Notes under the pieces: generated by a model
Told to the model about the DNA's origin: nothing
The model's input: only the letters and a program-made list of their open reading frames with translations
The model's database searches: none
Program-made: the position numbers and the translations under genes
Shown here: one piece after another, positions 9,646 through 22,161 of the stretch
Position numbering within the stretch: position 1 is the stretch's first letter
Layout of the letters: every line of letters begins with the position of its first letter
Assembly (NCBI GenBank): GCA_002269645.1
Contig: NIVC01001936.1
Location: 156,776 to 220,775, forward strand
Length of the DNA stretch: 64,000 nt
Reading direction: 5' to 3'
Source: Macrostomum lignano
Taxonomy: Eukaryota

Positions 9646-12584
9646 TCACTGTCCTTCAAGAGCTGTCGCCTCCGGCCTCCACAAGCGGCTGAGGTCCACC
9701 CTGTGCTCGAAGGCCGCCTCGATGCGCTCATCGCGGGGGACTCGCCTGAAGCCCTCCAGTTGGAGCTCAGTGAGCCACGGACAGCCGCTGGCGATGCTGG
9801 CGAGGGCGACGGCAGTCAGCTGGCTGCAGTCGGACAGGCTGAGCCGCCGCAGGCCCCTGGCGACCGGACTAGCGCACAGGTCGGCCACCGCCTCATCAGT
9901 GAGCACGGACTTCCTGCAGTAGATGGCCCAGAACTCGTACAGATCAGGCGTGGCAGCTTCGAAGCTCGGAAGGTTTCGCAGCTTCACCCAGGCCTGGCGG
10001 GTCAGGCAGCTGCAGTCATGGAAGCGGAGGCAGCGCAGGCGGGGCAGCCGGGAGAGCAGAGCCGCCAGCAGGTCGTCGGTGCCCGCCAGCAGCTCAACAT
10101 GGGCCAACGCTGCAGTTGAATGCAATTTATAGCAGCAGTCTGAGCATCTGGGAGAGCAGCAGTCTGAGCATCTGGGAGAGCAGCAGTCTGAGCATCTGGG
10201 AGAGCAGCAGTCTGAGCATCTGGGAGAGCAGTAGTCTGAGCATCTGGGAGAGCAGCAGTCTGAGCATCTGGGAGAGCAGCAGTCTGAGCATCAATCCGGG
10301 TATCTACCAAACGAGCGGCAGGGTGAGCGGGACTCACCTGGACAGCCACTCAGAGTGTCAGACAATTGTAAGCTCCATGGAACATAAAATAATGATCCCG
10401 TGAGCTGCAGCCGCTGAAGCCCTGGTGGCAGCGGACAGCCCAGCTCAGCTCCGAAAAAGCACTGATTTCCGTGAATCAGCACTCGAAGGTCCGCAAGGCC
10501 GGCAGGCAGGCAGCGGAGGATCTGGCGGAGTTGCTCATCTGAGTCACGGTAAATCCCTAAATCGAGGCTCTCAAGCGAGGGCAGGCTGGGCAGCAGCCAC
10601 AATACTACCTTCGTATTCCCGTTACGAAAGCTCAGGTGTCTCAGGCCGGGCACGGGCGCAGGGTGGCTATCGGGCCTGAGATCGAAGAATCCGTCCCAAT
10701 CAGTCACTCGCAGCTCCGTCAGGTTCGGCGCGATGCTCAGCACGCGGGGCAACTCTAGAGGGCGGCGAGTTCAGCGAGGGCATTTAACGAAGGACCGCCG
10801 GCAGTCAAGCAGAAGCAGTTCAATAATTCTAAGGAAATTTATTTAAACCCAACTGTTGCTTGAAAATGCATCAACGGGCTTCAACCGTTTCCAATTTATC
10901 AGCTCAAAACTTGATATTTTTTACCGCCTGAGCTTCCGAAGATGAAGTGAAGCCAGTGTGGCTCGGGTCCCCAATGGTTTCACAAGTCCATCGGCCTGGA
11001 TTCAGAATAAGCACTGATACAGAGGAGTGGCAAGCGCAAAGTCCTGCAATTGCCGTTCTTACAATCTTTTTAGTCGTCTTTAAAAGACATTTTTTGGACG
11101 AGTGACTCTAAAGGCGGGGGGCGGCCCGTGCTGTGAGATGGGGAATTGAGCAGCGCTGATGCATTCTAAGCAGCACCGGGGCTTCAAGCAGATTCCCATG
11201 CACGGGTGCCAGGTGAATATTTAAATAAGCCAAGTGAAAAAGGGGAAGGCACTGACGGTTGGCTGCCAACCGCACCGACAACACGGAGAGCCGGGGACAC
11301 TCTGACAGATCATCAAGGAGCTCAGAAGCATCGAGGTTCGGCAGGTACAGCGCCGAGAGGCGGCCGACGAGCTTAACGAACAGCTGGCGCACCTCACGAT
11401 CGCGCAGCCAGTGATGCAGGCCAATAACATCTGTAACGCAGTTAATTTCCAGCAGCGAGAGGCGCGGGCAGCCGTACAGCAGGCAGCTCAGCGAGGAGGC
11501 CGACAGCGCACTGCCGTAGCCGAGAAGGCGAAGCTCCTGCAGGTTGCGGCAGCAGCGGGAAGCCACGGTCACTGCAGTGTCTCCGTCAGTGTTCCGCAGG
11601 CTGAGGCAGGTGAGGCTGGCGGATGCAGCCAGAAGCAGTCGCAGCCGCAGAAGTGAGTCGGCTGTCGACCGCCGGCGCTTGGGAGTCAGATTTCCTGCCG
11701 AGATCTCCCGCACGCTGCCGCCCAGCCAGTCTCTGAGCCGCTCCATCAGCTCGGCATCTGCGGTGCGGCCGTCAATGCTAATTTTGCGCCACAGCCGCGG
11801 CTGCGTGGCGACCCGCCGCCAGCGCCTGCTCAGCTGAGCGCACCGGCCGAGGCTGGTCTGGTCCAGCTCGGACAGGATCTGCGTGAGCAGCTCCTCTGGC
11901 AGCTGCTCGATCAGACAGGGACTGCCAGGCTGCGGGAGTTTGGATTAGAAACAGAAGGGACAGCTCAGGATAATTCAGGACTGTCCCAGTCTCACCCACT
12001 GCCCCAGTCTCACACACTGCTCAGCCCAGATCCCACGTCAGGTCACAGCTCACACTCAGCCCAGATCCCACATCAGGTCACAGCTCACACTCAGCCCAGA
12101 TCCCACATCAGGTCACAGCTCACACTCAGCCCAGATCCCACATCAGGTCACAGCTCACACTCAGCCTAGATCCCACATCAGGTCACAGCTCACACTCAGC
12201 CCAGATCCCACATCAGGTCGCAGCTCACACTCAGCCCAGATCCCACATCAGGTCGCAGCTCACACTCAGCCCAGATCCCACATCAGGTCACAGCTCACAC
12301 TCAGCCTAGATCCCACATCAGTTCGCAGCTCACACTCAGCCCAGATCCCACATCAGGTCCCAGCTCACACTCAGCCCAGATCCCACATCAGGTCGCAGCT
12401 CACACTCAGCCCAGATCCCACATCAGGTCGCAGCTCACACTCAGCCTAGATCCCACATCAGGTCACAGCTCACACTCAGCGTGGACTCCGAGGTCCCCCG
12501 CTCGTCTTCACCGGCCGCCTCAGCCGCCTCCAGCCGCAGAGACTTCGGCGCCGGACCCTCTTGACTCGCGCAGGCCTCCGCCAT
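9646..12584 (-). CDS. F-box/LRR protein, paralog P1 (4 exons, about 554 aa)
   Basis: Exons 12584-12474, 11929-11257, 10754-10338, 10109-9646 with GT-AG sites in compatible phases; F-box EQLPEELLTQILSELDQTSLGRCAQLSRRWRR; LRRs such as LRRLSLSDCSQLT. Confidence 0.82.
10135..10290. repeat. 24-bp minisatellite in P1 intron 3
   Basis: Unit TCTGAGCATCTGGGAGAGCAGCAG, about 6 copies. Confidence 0.95.
12009..12480. repeat. About 37-bp minisatellite in P1 intron 1, containing the splice donor
   Basis: Unit approximately CACACTCAGCCCAGATCCCACATCAGGTCACAGCT, about 13 copies; the minus strand reads CTGAGT|GTGAGC. Confidence 0.93.
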
Positions 12585-12910
12585 GGTGCGGCTGCAATGA
12601 TGAAGCTGCTCTCCAGTCTCTGCGAGCTCAAAGCAGGAAATCAAAACAGTTCCGAGCTTTGCCTGCTCTGGGAATTAAAAATATGCAGAAACGCCAAGTC
12701 CGCGGGACCTTTGTTGCCTTCACAGGAGAATTCATTCAAGTTAGATTATTTTATTGATAAAAATTTAGCAAAATACTAGCAATCTTCGCCCCCCCCCCAT
12801 CGGGGGACATCTGAATAGAATCTCTGTTCTCTATAAGTAACAAAAAGACAGACAAATAAAGCCTTTACAAAGACAACAGAAAAACTGCTCAAATGTAGTG
12901 CAATGCAAGA

Positions 12911-13395
12911 ATTCATGAAGGCCTGAGTCTCCATGCCGTTCATCAGGCTCTCTATAATTCATCAAGGCCTGAGTCTCCATGCCGTTCATCAGGCTCTCTA
13001 TAATTCATCAAGGCCTGAGTCTCCATGCCGTTCATCAGGCTCTCTAAAGTTCATGAAGGCCTGAGTCTCCATGCCGTTCATCAGGCTCTCTATAATTCAT
13101 CAAGGCCTGAGTCTCCATGCCGTTCATCAGGCTCTCTATAATTCAAGAAGGCCTGAGTCTCCATGCCGTTCATCAGGCTCCCTATAATTCATCAAGGCCT
13201 GAGTCTCCATGCCGTTCATCAGGCTCTCTATAATTCATCAAGGCCTGAGTCTCCATGCCGTTCATCAGGCTCTCTATAATTCATCAAGGCCTGAGTCTCC
13301 ATGCCGTTCATCAGGCTCTCTATAATTCATCAAGGCCTGAGTCTCCATGCCGTTCATCAGGCTCTCTACAATTCATCAAAGCCTGAGTCTCCATG
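12911..13395. repeat. 46-bp minisatellite
   Basis: Unit GGCCTGAGTCTCCATGCCGTTCATCAGGCTCTCTATAATTCATCAA, about 10 copies. Confidence 0.95.
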
Positions 13396-13516
13396 CACTG
13401 CCTACAAAAACAGAAGCAGAAAGACGCAGCCACAAGAAGGCAGATTTGCCAGAAGCAGCAGTGCATTCAGTTCATCTCAGCCAACTTATAAAAATATGTA
13501 AATGGACACACAAAAG

Positions 13517-15571
13517 TCACCAGGGAAAATCGTCCTCAGACCAGCCACCGTTCAGCTCAACGCTCTGCTCGAAGGCAGCCCGAAGGTCTTCAGCTTCGTC
13601 AGCGCAGGAGCGCCACCGGAGGCTCAGGCGGGTCAGCAGCGGGCAGCCGCTGGCGATGCTGGCCAGCGAGGCGGCCGTCAGCTGACTGCTGAGCTCAGAC
13701 GACAAAAGCAGCCGCCGAAGTCGCCTGGCAACCGGACTGGCGCACAGGTCGGCCACCGCACCATCGGTGAGGCTGGAATAGGCGCACTGGTGAGCCTGGA
13801 GCTCGTGCAGGTCGGGTGAGGAGGCGGCGAGGCCCTGCAGGTCTCGGAGGTTCGCCCAGGCCTGGCGGGTCAGGCGGCTGCAGTCGAAGAAGCGAAGGCA
13901 GCGCAGGCGGGGCAGCCGGGAGAGCAGAGCCGGCAGCAGGTGGTCATCGCTGCACGCTTGGAGAGCGAGGTGGGTCATGCCTGCAGTGGGGAGTGAGGTG
14001 GGTCAGGCCTGCAGTGGGGAGTGAGGTGGGTCAGGCCTGCAGTGGGGAGTGAGGTGGGTCATGCCTGCAGTGGGGAGTGAGGTGGGTCAGGCCTGTAGAG
14101 GGGAGTGAGGTGGGTCAGGCCTGTAGAGGGGTGTTAGGTCGGTAACGCTAGCAGAGATGGGAATGTGAGCAATAAGAGCAACACCTGCAAAAAGAGTGAG
14201 CATCCTAATGACTCACCTGAGCAGCCTGACAGCGGATCTGTCTGCCGCAGGATCCAATCGGTGTCAAAGGCGGACCCGGTGAGCTGCAGACGCCGCAGGC
14301 TCAGAGGCAGCGGGCCGCTCAGCTCGGCCTCATCATCCGCTCCCAGCTGCTCCAGAAAGTGCAGCCGAAGGTCCGCCAGGTCGCCGGGCAGGCAGCGGAC
14401 GATGCGGCGGAAGTCCTCGCCGAGTATGCCGGACGAGACGGTGCTGAAGCTGCTGAGTGCCGGGAGGCTGGGCAGCAGCTCCAGCAACATCTCGGGGACT
14501 CGGACTCGACCGCCAGGCGGGCCGCCGCCGATGCTGAGCCGCCGCAGGCTGGGGAACGGCGGGAAGTTCAGCATGGCGGCTTCATCCTGGCTGCTGAGCG
14601 TCTCAACATGCAGGTCGGTCAGGTTCCGGGCGCTGCTGAACACCGTCTGCAGCTCTGGGTGCAGGTGGGCGGAGAGGTGCGGGGCTCGCGAGCTGAGACC
14701 CTCAGGATCGGCAGGCTGGGGACTCACCAGGAAGGCTGAGCTGGTAAACAGACAGGCTGAGCAGCAGAGGGCATTCAGGCAGCTCGCTGATGAGTTCCGC
14801 AGCTTCATCAAGAGAGATGCTGAGGCTGCTGAGGCGGCCAATAAGATCAAAGAGCAGCCAGCGAAAGTCTGGGTCCTGCCAGTCGCTGAGGACCCCCTTG
14901 TCGCTGAATTCCAGCAGCGAGAGGCGCGGGCAGCCGGACAGCAGGCTGCTCAGCGAGGCGGCCGACAGCGAATTCTGGCAGTCGGTGAGGCGCAGCTCCA
15001 GCAGGCCGAGGCAGCTGCGGCCCGCCTCCGTCACTGCAGCGTCGCCGCGCACCTCCCGCAGGCTGAGGCAGGTGAGGCTGGCGGATGCGGCCAACAGCAG
15101 TGGCAGCCGCTGCTCGGCTGTCAGCCCGCAGGCCGAGATCTCCCGCACGCTGCCGCCCAGCCAGTCTCTGAGCCGCTCCATCAGCTCGGCATCTGCGGTG
15201 CGGCCGTCAATGCGGATTTCGCGCCACAGCCGCGGCTGCGTGGCGAGCCGCCGCCAGCGCCTGCTCAGCTGAGCGCACCGGCCGAGGCTGGTCTGGTCCA
15301 GCTCGGACAGGATCTGCGTGAGCAGCTCCTCTGGCAGCTGCTCCAGCTGTAAGAAAGAAAACAGAATATTTGAAGAAACAGGCAGAAGCAACCGCCTCCT
15401 GTTTGCAAGAAGCAACAAAATTGAACAATGATGTAAAACTGCAGCAAAACTGCCCAGCATACGGTGCAGGCATCAACACTGGGTCATCGAGAAAATGCAT
15501 TTATTTTAACTTGACTGTTTGGTGGTTTTACAGGCTAACCACAACTGGCTTACAGGTAAACAGGATAACAT
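13517..15571 (-). CDS. F-box/LRR protein, paralog P2 (about 512 aa)
   Basis: Exons 15571-15554 (putative 18-nt first exon), 15346-14728, 14654-14217, 13980-13517; phases compatible; F-box plus LRRs. Confidence 0.8.
13980..14130. repeat. 28-bp minisatellite repeating the P2 last-exon splice acceptor
   Basis: Minus-strand unit GCCTGACCCACCTCACTCCCCACTGCAG, about 5 copies. Confidence 0.9.
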
Positions 15572-16104
15572 GTGACTTAAAGTAAGCATCAGATGTTAGG
15601 GAATGAGTCGGTAATACATATAGGAGTATTATAGGAGTACTATATGATAGGACATGAGAACTTTGAGCAGTTCTCATGTCCTATCATATAGGACATGAGA
15701 ACTGCTCAAAGGCGCAACAGCGCATTTTTGAGGAACTAGTCTCTCGACTAGGAATATAGTTAGCTTCTTTGGACAAACCCACTGAGTAGGGGGGCCGTAG
15801 CCCAGCGGTAGTGCAGCTGCTCTGGTGTGCCAGCGACCCAGGCTCGATTCCAAGTGCAGTAACTAACATTAATTTGGGACTGAATTGGAATCTCGGCTTG
15901 GCTCTGCTCGTGCAATTAACGGCCTTGAGAGCCAACCCCCCCCCAAGGCGCAGTGAAGTGTACATGCCTAACGATAATATAAAGTTAGGGCCGCTGTACA
16001 CTCCTGTGTGAGTGTGTGCCTGCGTACGTTTCCGCGCGCTTGTATGCCTGCTCAGGGGAGTCGGCGGAATGGGGAGTAATGCCTTTTGCCGGTTGTGTGC
16101 CTAA

Positions 16105-17990
16105 CTGTGGCGCACAATGAATTGAGACCACCAAGTAGAATTATTTTCTTTTTGGCATAGTGGTTGATAAACAAAATTTTTAAGTACTAAATTTGAAGTA
16201 AAACTTGTAAGAATATTACTTTATGTTCTTTGTATAGTATTTTGGTTCACTTTCCAGCAGTTCTTAGTTCATCAAAAAGCTCATATTTGAATGGGAAGTA
16301 CAGCTTTAGGTTTAACATTGAAATAAGACCATATACGAGCGTATAAATATTAGGGAAATTAGTAAGACAAATGCCACTGATATTAAACTAACTACTCTAA
16401 TACTTTGTGACATGTCCTTTGACCTAATCACAGAATTGCACCGCCTAGGCATGCTGTCCATCAGCTTCTGGCACACTTCTGCCGCGATGGCAGCCCACGA
16501 GTCCTCAATGATACGGTACAGCTGATCAAGGGAAGCTGGCTGCTGCCTCTGGATGTCCCGCTTGACCTAGTTCCACCAATTCTCAATCGGATTGAGGTCT
16601 GGTAACTGCGCTGGCCAGTCCATGGTGTGGATTTTGCTTTCAGCAAGTTATGCCTTCACGTCCTTGGAGGTGTGCTTTGGATAGTTGTCCTGCTGAAACT
16701 GCCAGCTGTTCACTGTACCCAGTGGCAGCACATCGACTGCCTCCGGTAGGTGGCTGCTGAGGATGTCACGGTACTTCGGACTGTTCATGATGCCCTCAAT
16801 GCGAGTTATTGACCTAGGTCCAGCTCTGGAGAGTGCAGCCCACACCATGTGACATTGCCACCATGGTACCAACGGTGCACCTGGGATCGAATTTCTCGCC
16901 GGCTCGGTGGCGCACATGCCGGCAGCCATCAGAACTAGTGCGGGAAAAATTGCTCTCGTCACTCTAGATGGTCTTGGCCCAGTCCTGGGGTGTCCAGCTT
17001 GCATGCTGCTTTGTCCAGTTCAAGCGCCGCTTCCGGTTTTTGTCGGAGATAAATGGCTTCTTCCTAGCGATGCGGCCATGCAGTCCGGCAGCTACCAGAC
17101 GGTGGCGGACAGTCATGGGTGCCAGTGGTGCAGCTGGACACCACTGGACACCTGAAGCTGACGGCTGATGTCCACAGCGGTGAGCCGAGGGTTGGACTCG
17201 GACATTCGCTCACTTCTTCGATCCACTCGGTGGTCAGTTTTCGGTGCCCCGCCAGGTCTTGGGGCACAGCTTGCGCTGCCAGTGCTGCTGAGGCGCTTGC
17301 TAGACACACGTTATCGACTTTCCCAGCTGCGTGGCTTTGGCACGTTGAGAAACCCTTGGTCGAACAGAGCCTTGATTTTCCTACACGACTCATGCGATAG
17401 AACTCCGCCTTCCCCATTCTATACAGGAGTTCAAGATCATTTTGTCCAAGGACTTCTAGACTAATAGGACGTAAAACTGAAAGATCGTGCAATTTTTGGA
17501 GGCCACGATTTCCTGGACAAAAATACTGCGAAGATAGGAAAAAATCAGTTTTTCGTCACAAAATCAGTGATTGTATTTGATCTGGGGCAGTGAAGACTAC
17601 CATTCTTTTGATTTAACATGCACAACATGTTATTCTATTATCTTTGAATTTTATGTCCTGTTAGTCTAGAAGTCCTTGACTTTGTCTTGGAGTAGCAGTG
17701 AATTAGATGTTTTGAACTTGCAGAATCAGCAGGGCCACTTTTATAGCACCCTTTAGCCCAATTATTTAAGTGGTCTTATTACTGTGTGACTTGCAATATT
17801 AGAAAGTGAGACAAGGGACTCCAAATAAGCACACTCAATCGCGATTAATGACTCAACACACACTGATCTTATTGATTAATACCGCGGTTATGTATAACTG
17901 ATTAGATTAAATGCTCTCGCAATCTGCGAAGGTTATGGAATTAAAAGTTCAAATTTGTGTTAAGTGGTCTTAATTCATTGTGCACCACTG
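16105..17990 (-). mobile_element. Degenerate Tc1-like DNA transposon
   Basis: About 28-bp TIRs (C[A/T]GTGG[T/C]GCACAATGAATT[A/G]AGACCAC), TA duplication; transposase pieces MVWAAL, FQQDNYPKHTS and frameshifted WPAQLPDLNPIENW. Confidence 0.9.
17447..17678. mobile_element. 232-bp MITE, probably hAT type, inside the Tc1 element
   Basis: About 38-bp imperfect TIRs CAAGGACTTCTAGACTAA...TTAGTCTAGAAGTCCTTG; 8-bp TSD ATTTTGTC/ACTTTGTC. Confidence 0.78.
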
Positions 17991-18099
17991 TATGTCGTTT
18001 TAAGTGCGCCAGGGTGCACACAACCCCCCTGCCTCTAATACTCGTAAAAAACCCCCCACTGAGTTGAACATTTTCCTTCTCTGAATGAGAGATGCAGAG

Positions 18100-18912
18100 A
18101 TGAAGGGAGGCAGTTGCAGAGCTGAAGGGAGGCAGTTGCAGAGCTGACGGGAGGCAGTTGCAGAGCTGAAGGGAGGCTGTTGCATAGCTGACGGGAGGCA
18201 GTTGCAGAGCTGACGGGAGGCAGTTGCAGAGCTGACGGGAGGCAGTTGCAGAGCTGAAGGGAGACAGTTGCATAGCTGAAAGTAGGCAGTTGCAGAGATG
18301 AAAGGAGACAGCTGCAGAGCTGAGGGGAGGGGAGGCAGTTGCAGAGCTTAAGGGAGAAAGTTGCAGAGCTGAAGGGAGTCAGTTGCAGAGCTGAAGGGAG
18401 ACAGTTGCATAGCTGACGGGAGGCAGTTGCAGAGCTGAAGGGAGACAGTTGCAGAGCTGAAGGGAGGCAGTTGCATAGCTGAAAGTAGGCAGTTGCAGAG
18501 ATGAAAGGAGACAGCTGCAGAGCTGAGGGGAGGGGAGGCAGTTGCAGAGCTTAAGGGAGAAAGTTGCAGAGCTGAAGGGAGGCAGTTGCAGAGCTGAAGG
18601 GAGACAGTTGCAGAGCTGAAGTGAGGCAGTTGCAGAGCTGACGGGAGGCAGTTGCAGAGCTGAAGGGAGACAGTTGCAGAGCTGAAGGGAGGCAGTTGCA
18701 TAGCTGAAAGTAGGCACTTGCAGAGATGAAAGGAGACAGCTGCAGAGCTGAGGGGAGGGGAGGCAGTTGCAGAGCTGAAGGGAGGCAGTTGCAGAGCTGA
18801 AGGGAGGCAGTTGCAGAGCTGAAGGGAGACAGTTGCAGAGCTGAAGGGAGGCAGTTGCAGAGATGAAGGGGAGACAGTTGCAGAGCTGAAGGGAGGCAGT
18901 TGCAGAGCTGGG
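18100..18912. repeat. 22-bp minisatellite, partly within the P3 reading frame
   Basis: Unit GCAGAGCTGAAGGGAGGCAGTT with variants. Confidence 0.95.
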
Positions 18913-21505
18913 AGTTGCTACGAAAGCAGTCAAGTCGATGCTCAGCTCGAAGGCCGTCTCGATGCGCTCATCGCGGGGGACTCGCCTGAAGCCCTTCAGC
19001 TCGAGCTCGGAGAGCCACGGACAGCCGCTGGCGATGTTGGCGAGGGCGACGGCAGTCAGCTGGCTGCAGTCGGACAGGTGGAGCCGCCGCAGGCCTCTGG
19101 CGACCGGACTGGCGCTTAGGTCGGCCACCGCCTCATCAGTGAGGCTGTAGCCAGTACAACCGAGGGCCCGCAACTCCATCAGATCGAGTGGCCAGACTGC
19201 GAGGCTTCGCAGATTCGCCCAGGCCTGGCGGGTCAGGATGCTGCAGTTGTTGATGCAGAGGCAGCGCAGGTGGGGCAGCCGGGAGAGCAGAGCCGGCAGC
19301 AGGTCGTCGGTGACCGCCTCCAGCTCAACATGGGTCAACTCTGCAGTTGAATGAAATTTATAGCAGCAGTCTGAGCATCTGGGAGAGCAGCCGTCTGAGC
19401 ATCTGGGAGAGCAGCAGTCTGAGCATCTGGGAGAGCAGCAGTCTGAGCATCTGGGAGAGCAGCAGTCTGAGCATCTGGGAGAGCAGTAGTCTGAGTATCT
19501 GGGAGAGCGGCAGTCTGAGCATCTGGGAGAGCAGCAGTGTGAGCATCTGGGAGAGCAGCAGTCTGAGCATCTGGGAGAGCAGCAGTCTGAGCATCTGGAA
19601 GAGCAGCAGTGCGAGCATCTGGGAGAGCAGCAGTCTGAGCATCTGGGAGAGCAGTCAGCAGTCTGAGAATCTGGGAGAGCAGCAGTCTGAGCATCTGGGA
19701 GAGCAGCAGTCTGAGCATCTGGGAGAGCAGCAGTGTGAGCATCTGGGAGAGCAGCAGTCTGAGCATCTGGGAGAGCAGCAGTCTGAGCATCTGGGAGAGC
19801 AGCAGTCTGAGTATCAATCCAGGTATCTAGCAAAGGAGCGGCAAGGTGAGCGGGACTCACCTGGACAGCCACTCAGAGTGTCAGACAACTGTAAGTCCCA
19901 TGGCGCATCAAAGAACGACCCCGTGAGCTGCAACCGCTGAAGCCCCGGTGGCAGCGGACCGCCCAGCTCAGCTCCGAAGGAGCACTGATTGTCGTGAATC
20001 TCCACTCGAAGGTCCGCAAGGCCGGCAGGCAGGCAGCGGAGGATCTGGCGGAGTTGCTCATCTGAGTCTCGGTAAATCCCTAAATCGAGGCTCTCAAGCG
20101 AGGGCAGGCTGGGCAGCAGCCACAATACTACCTTCGTATTCCCGTTACGAAAGCTCAGGTGTCTCAGGCCGGGCACGGGCGCAGGGTGGCTATCGGGCCT
20201 GAGATCGAAGAATCCGTCCCAATCAGTCACTCGCAGCTCCGTCAGGTTCGGCGCGATGCTCAGCACGCGGGGCAACTCTGGAAGGCGGCAAGTTCAGCGA
20301 GGGCATTCAACGAAGGACCGCCGGCAGTCAAGCAGAAGCAGTTCAATAATTCTAAGGAAATTTATTTAAACCCAACTGTTGCTTGAAAATGCATCAACGG
20401 GCTTCAACTGTTTCCAATTTATCAGCTCAAAACTTGATATTTTTTACCGCCTGAGCTTCCGAAGATGAAGTGAAGCCAGTGTGGCTCGGGTCCCCAATGG
20501 TTTCAGAAGTCCATCGGCCTGGATTCAGAATAAGCACTGATACAGAGGAGTGGCAGCGCAAAGTCCTGCAATTGCCGTTCTTACAATCTTTTTAGTTGTC
20601 TTAAAAACTGATTTTCCAGACGAGTGACTCTAAAGGCGGGGCGGCCCGTGCTGTGAGAATGGGAATTCATCAGCGCTAATGCAAATTTAAGCAGCACCGG
20701 GGCATCAAGCAGTTTCCCATGCACGGGTGCCAAGCGCACAATTAAATAAGCCAAGTGGAAGGGGAAGGCACTGACGGTTGGCTGACATCACCATCGACAA
20801 CACGGAGAGCCGGGGACACTCTGACAGATCAGCAAGGAGCTCCGAAGACTCGTATTCATCGATGAACGGCAGGTACAGCGTCGAGAGGCGGCCGACAAGC
20901 TCAGCGAACAGGCCGAGCATCTCACGATCTAACTGCAAGCTACACTCGTCAGAATTAAATATGTCAGGGCATTGAAATTCCAGCAGCGAGAGGCGCGGGC
21001 AGCCGGACAGTAGGCAGCTCAGCGAGGAGGCCGACAGCGCACTGCTGCAGCTGCAAAGGCGAAGCTCCTGCAGGTTGTGACAGAAGCAGGCAGCCACGGT
21101 CAAGGCAGCGTCTCCTTTAGCGTACCACAGGCTGAGGCAGGTGAGACTGGCGGATGCGGCCAGAAGCAGCGGCAGCCGAGGGAGGAAGGAGGCCGAGATC
21201 TCCTGCACGCTGTTGCCCAGCCAGTCTCTGAGCCGCTCCATCAGCTCAGCTTCGACGGCGTCTCCATCAATGCAGATTTTGCGCCACAGCCGCGGCTGCG
21301 TGGCGAGCCGCCGCCAGCGCCTGCTCAGCTGAGCGCACCGGCCGAGGCTGGTCTGGTCCAGCTCGGACAGAATCTGCATGAGCAGCTCTTCTGGCAGCTG
21401 CTCCAAGTGAAACGGAGAACTGCCGGGTTCGAATTTTCCAGCCGCCTCCATTCGCAGACGTTTCCGGACCGGAGCCTCCAGATCGAAGCTCACAGAATGA
21501 GTCAT
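18379..21505 (-). CDS. F-box/LRR protein, paralog P3 (about 702 aa, repeat-encoded C-terminal tail)
   Basis: Exons 21505-20776, 20277-19861, 19340-18379; F-box HLEQLPEELLMQILSELD; the last exon reads through the 22-bp array. Confidence 0.75.
19365..19812. repeat. 24-bp minisatellite in the last intron of P3
   Basis: Same unit as 10135-10290, about 18 copies. Confidence 0.95.
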
Positions 21506-21904
21506 CTGTAAAGCCGCAAAGTGCCAAAGGCAATCAGTCATTGAAGCATTTGTCTACAAAGTGCTCTGCATTTTAAAATGCAAAATTATCAATTCATTTG
21601 CAAGTGTAGGATCTGCTAGAATTATATCCACAGCGCACAGCGATATATTTAATATCTGCAAAAACTGCAATTTAGTGATTTCATTCAGAGCTCCGAAAAC
21701 TGGAGGCAAAGAGAGACAAAAGTCAAATGACTGAAAATAAAAACTATACTTTATATAACTGTTATTCTCCCCCCCCCCCTGGTGCTCGCTTCACTGCGCA
21801 TCAACATGCAAAACTCCTCGGCTTGCGGGCCTTCGTGGTGGAGACGACTGCTCTGACTACCTGCCGCCTGGTTGCTTTGGAGTCACGCAACGAAATTATT
21901 AGCC

Positions 21905-22113
21905 TGTAATCTGTATATTTATCTAGTGTCTGCCTGCCTGTCTCTCTGCCTGCCCGTCTGTCTGTCTGTCTCCCTGTCTGCCCGTCTGTCTGTCTGTCTG
22001 TCTGCCTCCCTGCCTGCCTGTCTGTCTGTCTATCTGTCTGTGTATCTGTCTGTGTGCCTGTCTGTCTGTCTGTGTGTCTGTCGTCTGTTTGTCTGTCTGT
22101 CTCTGTCTGTGTA

Positions 22114-22161
<48 letters not shown>

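Larger units (their letters stand above)
15789..18050 (+). mobile_element. tRNA-derived SINE, split by a Tc1 insertion (15789-16103 and 17991-18050)
   Basis: A-box TAGCCCAGCGG and B-box-like GGCTCGATTCC; colinear with the uninterrupted copy at 59802-60165. Confidence 0.85.

Noticed and set aside
11108-11256. ORF read-through to 11108 (and 20705 in P3) as the true gene end
   Set aside because: A phase-compatible GTCAGT donor is conserved in P1, P3 and P7 and joins the downstream LRR exons. Intron retention remains possible but is unsupported.
14165-15352. 395-aa plus-strand ORF and similar antisense ORFs over the F-box genes
   Set aside because: Antisense shadows of the minus-strand F-box/LRR exons.
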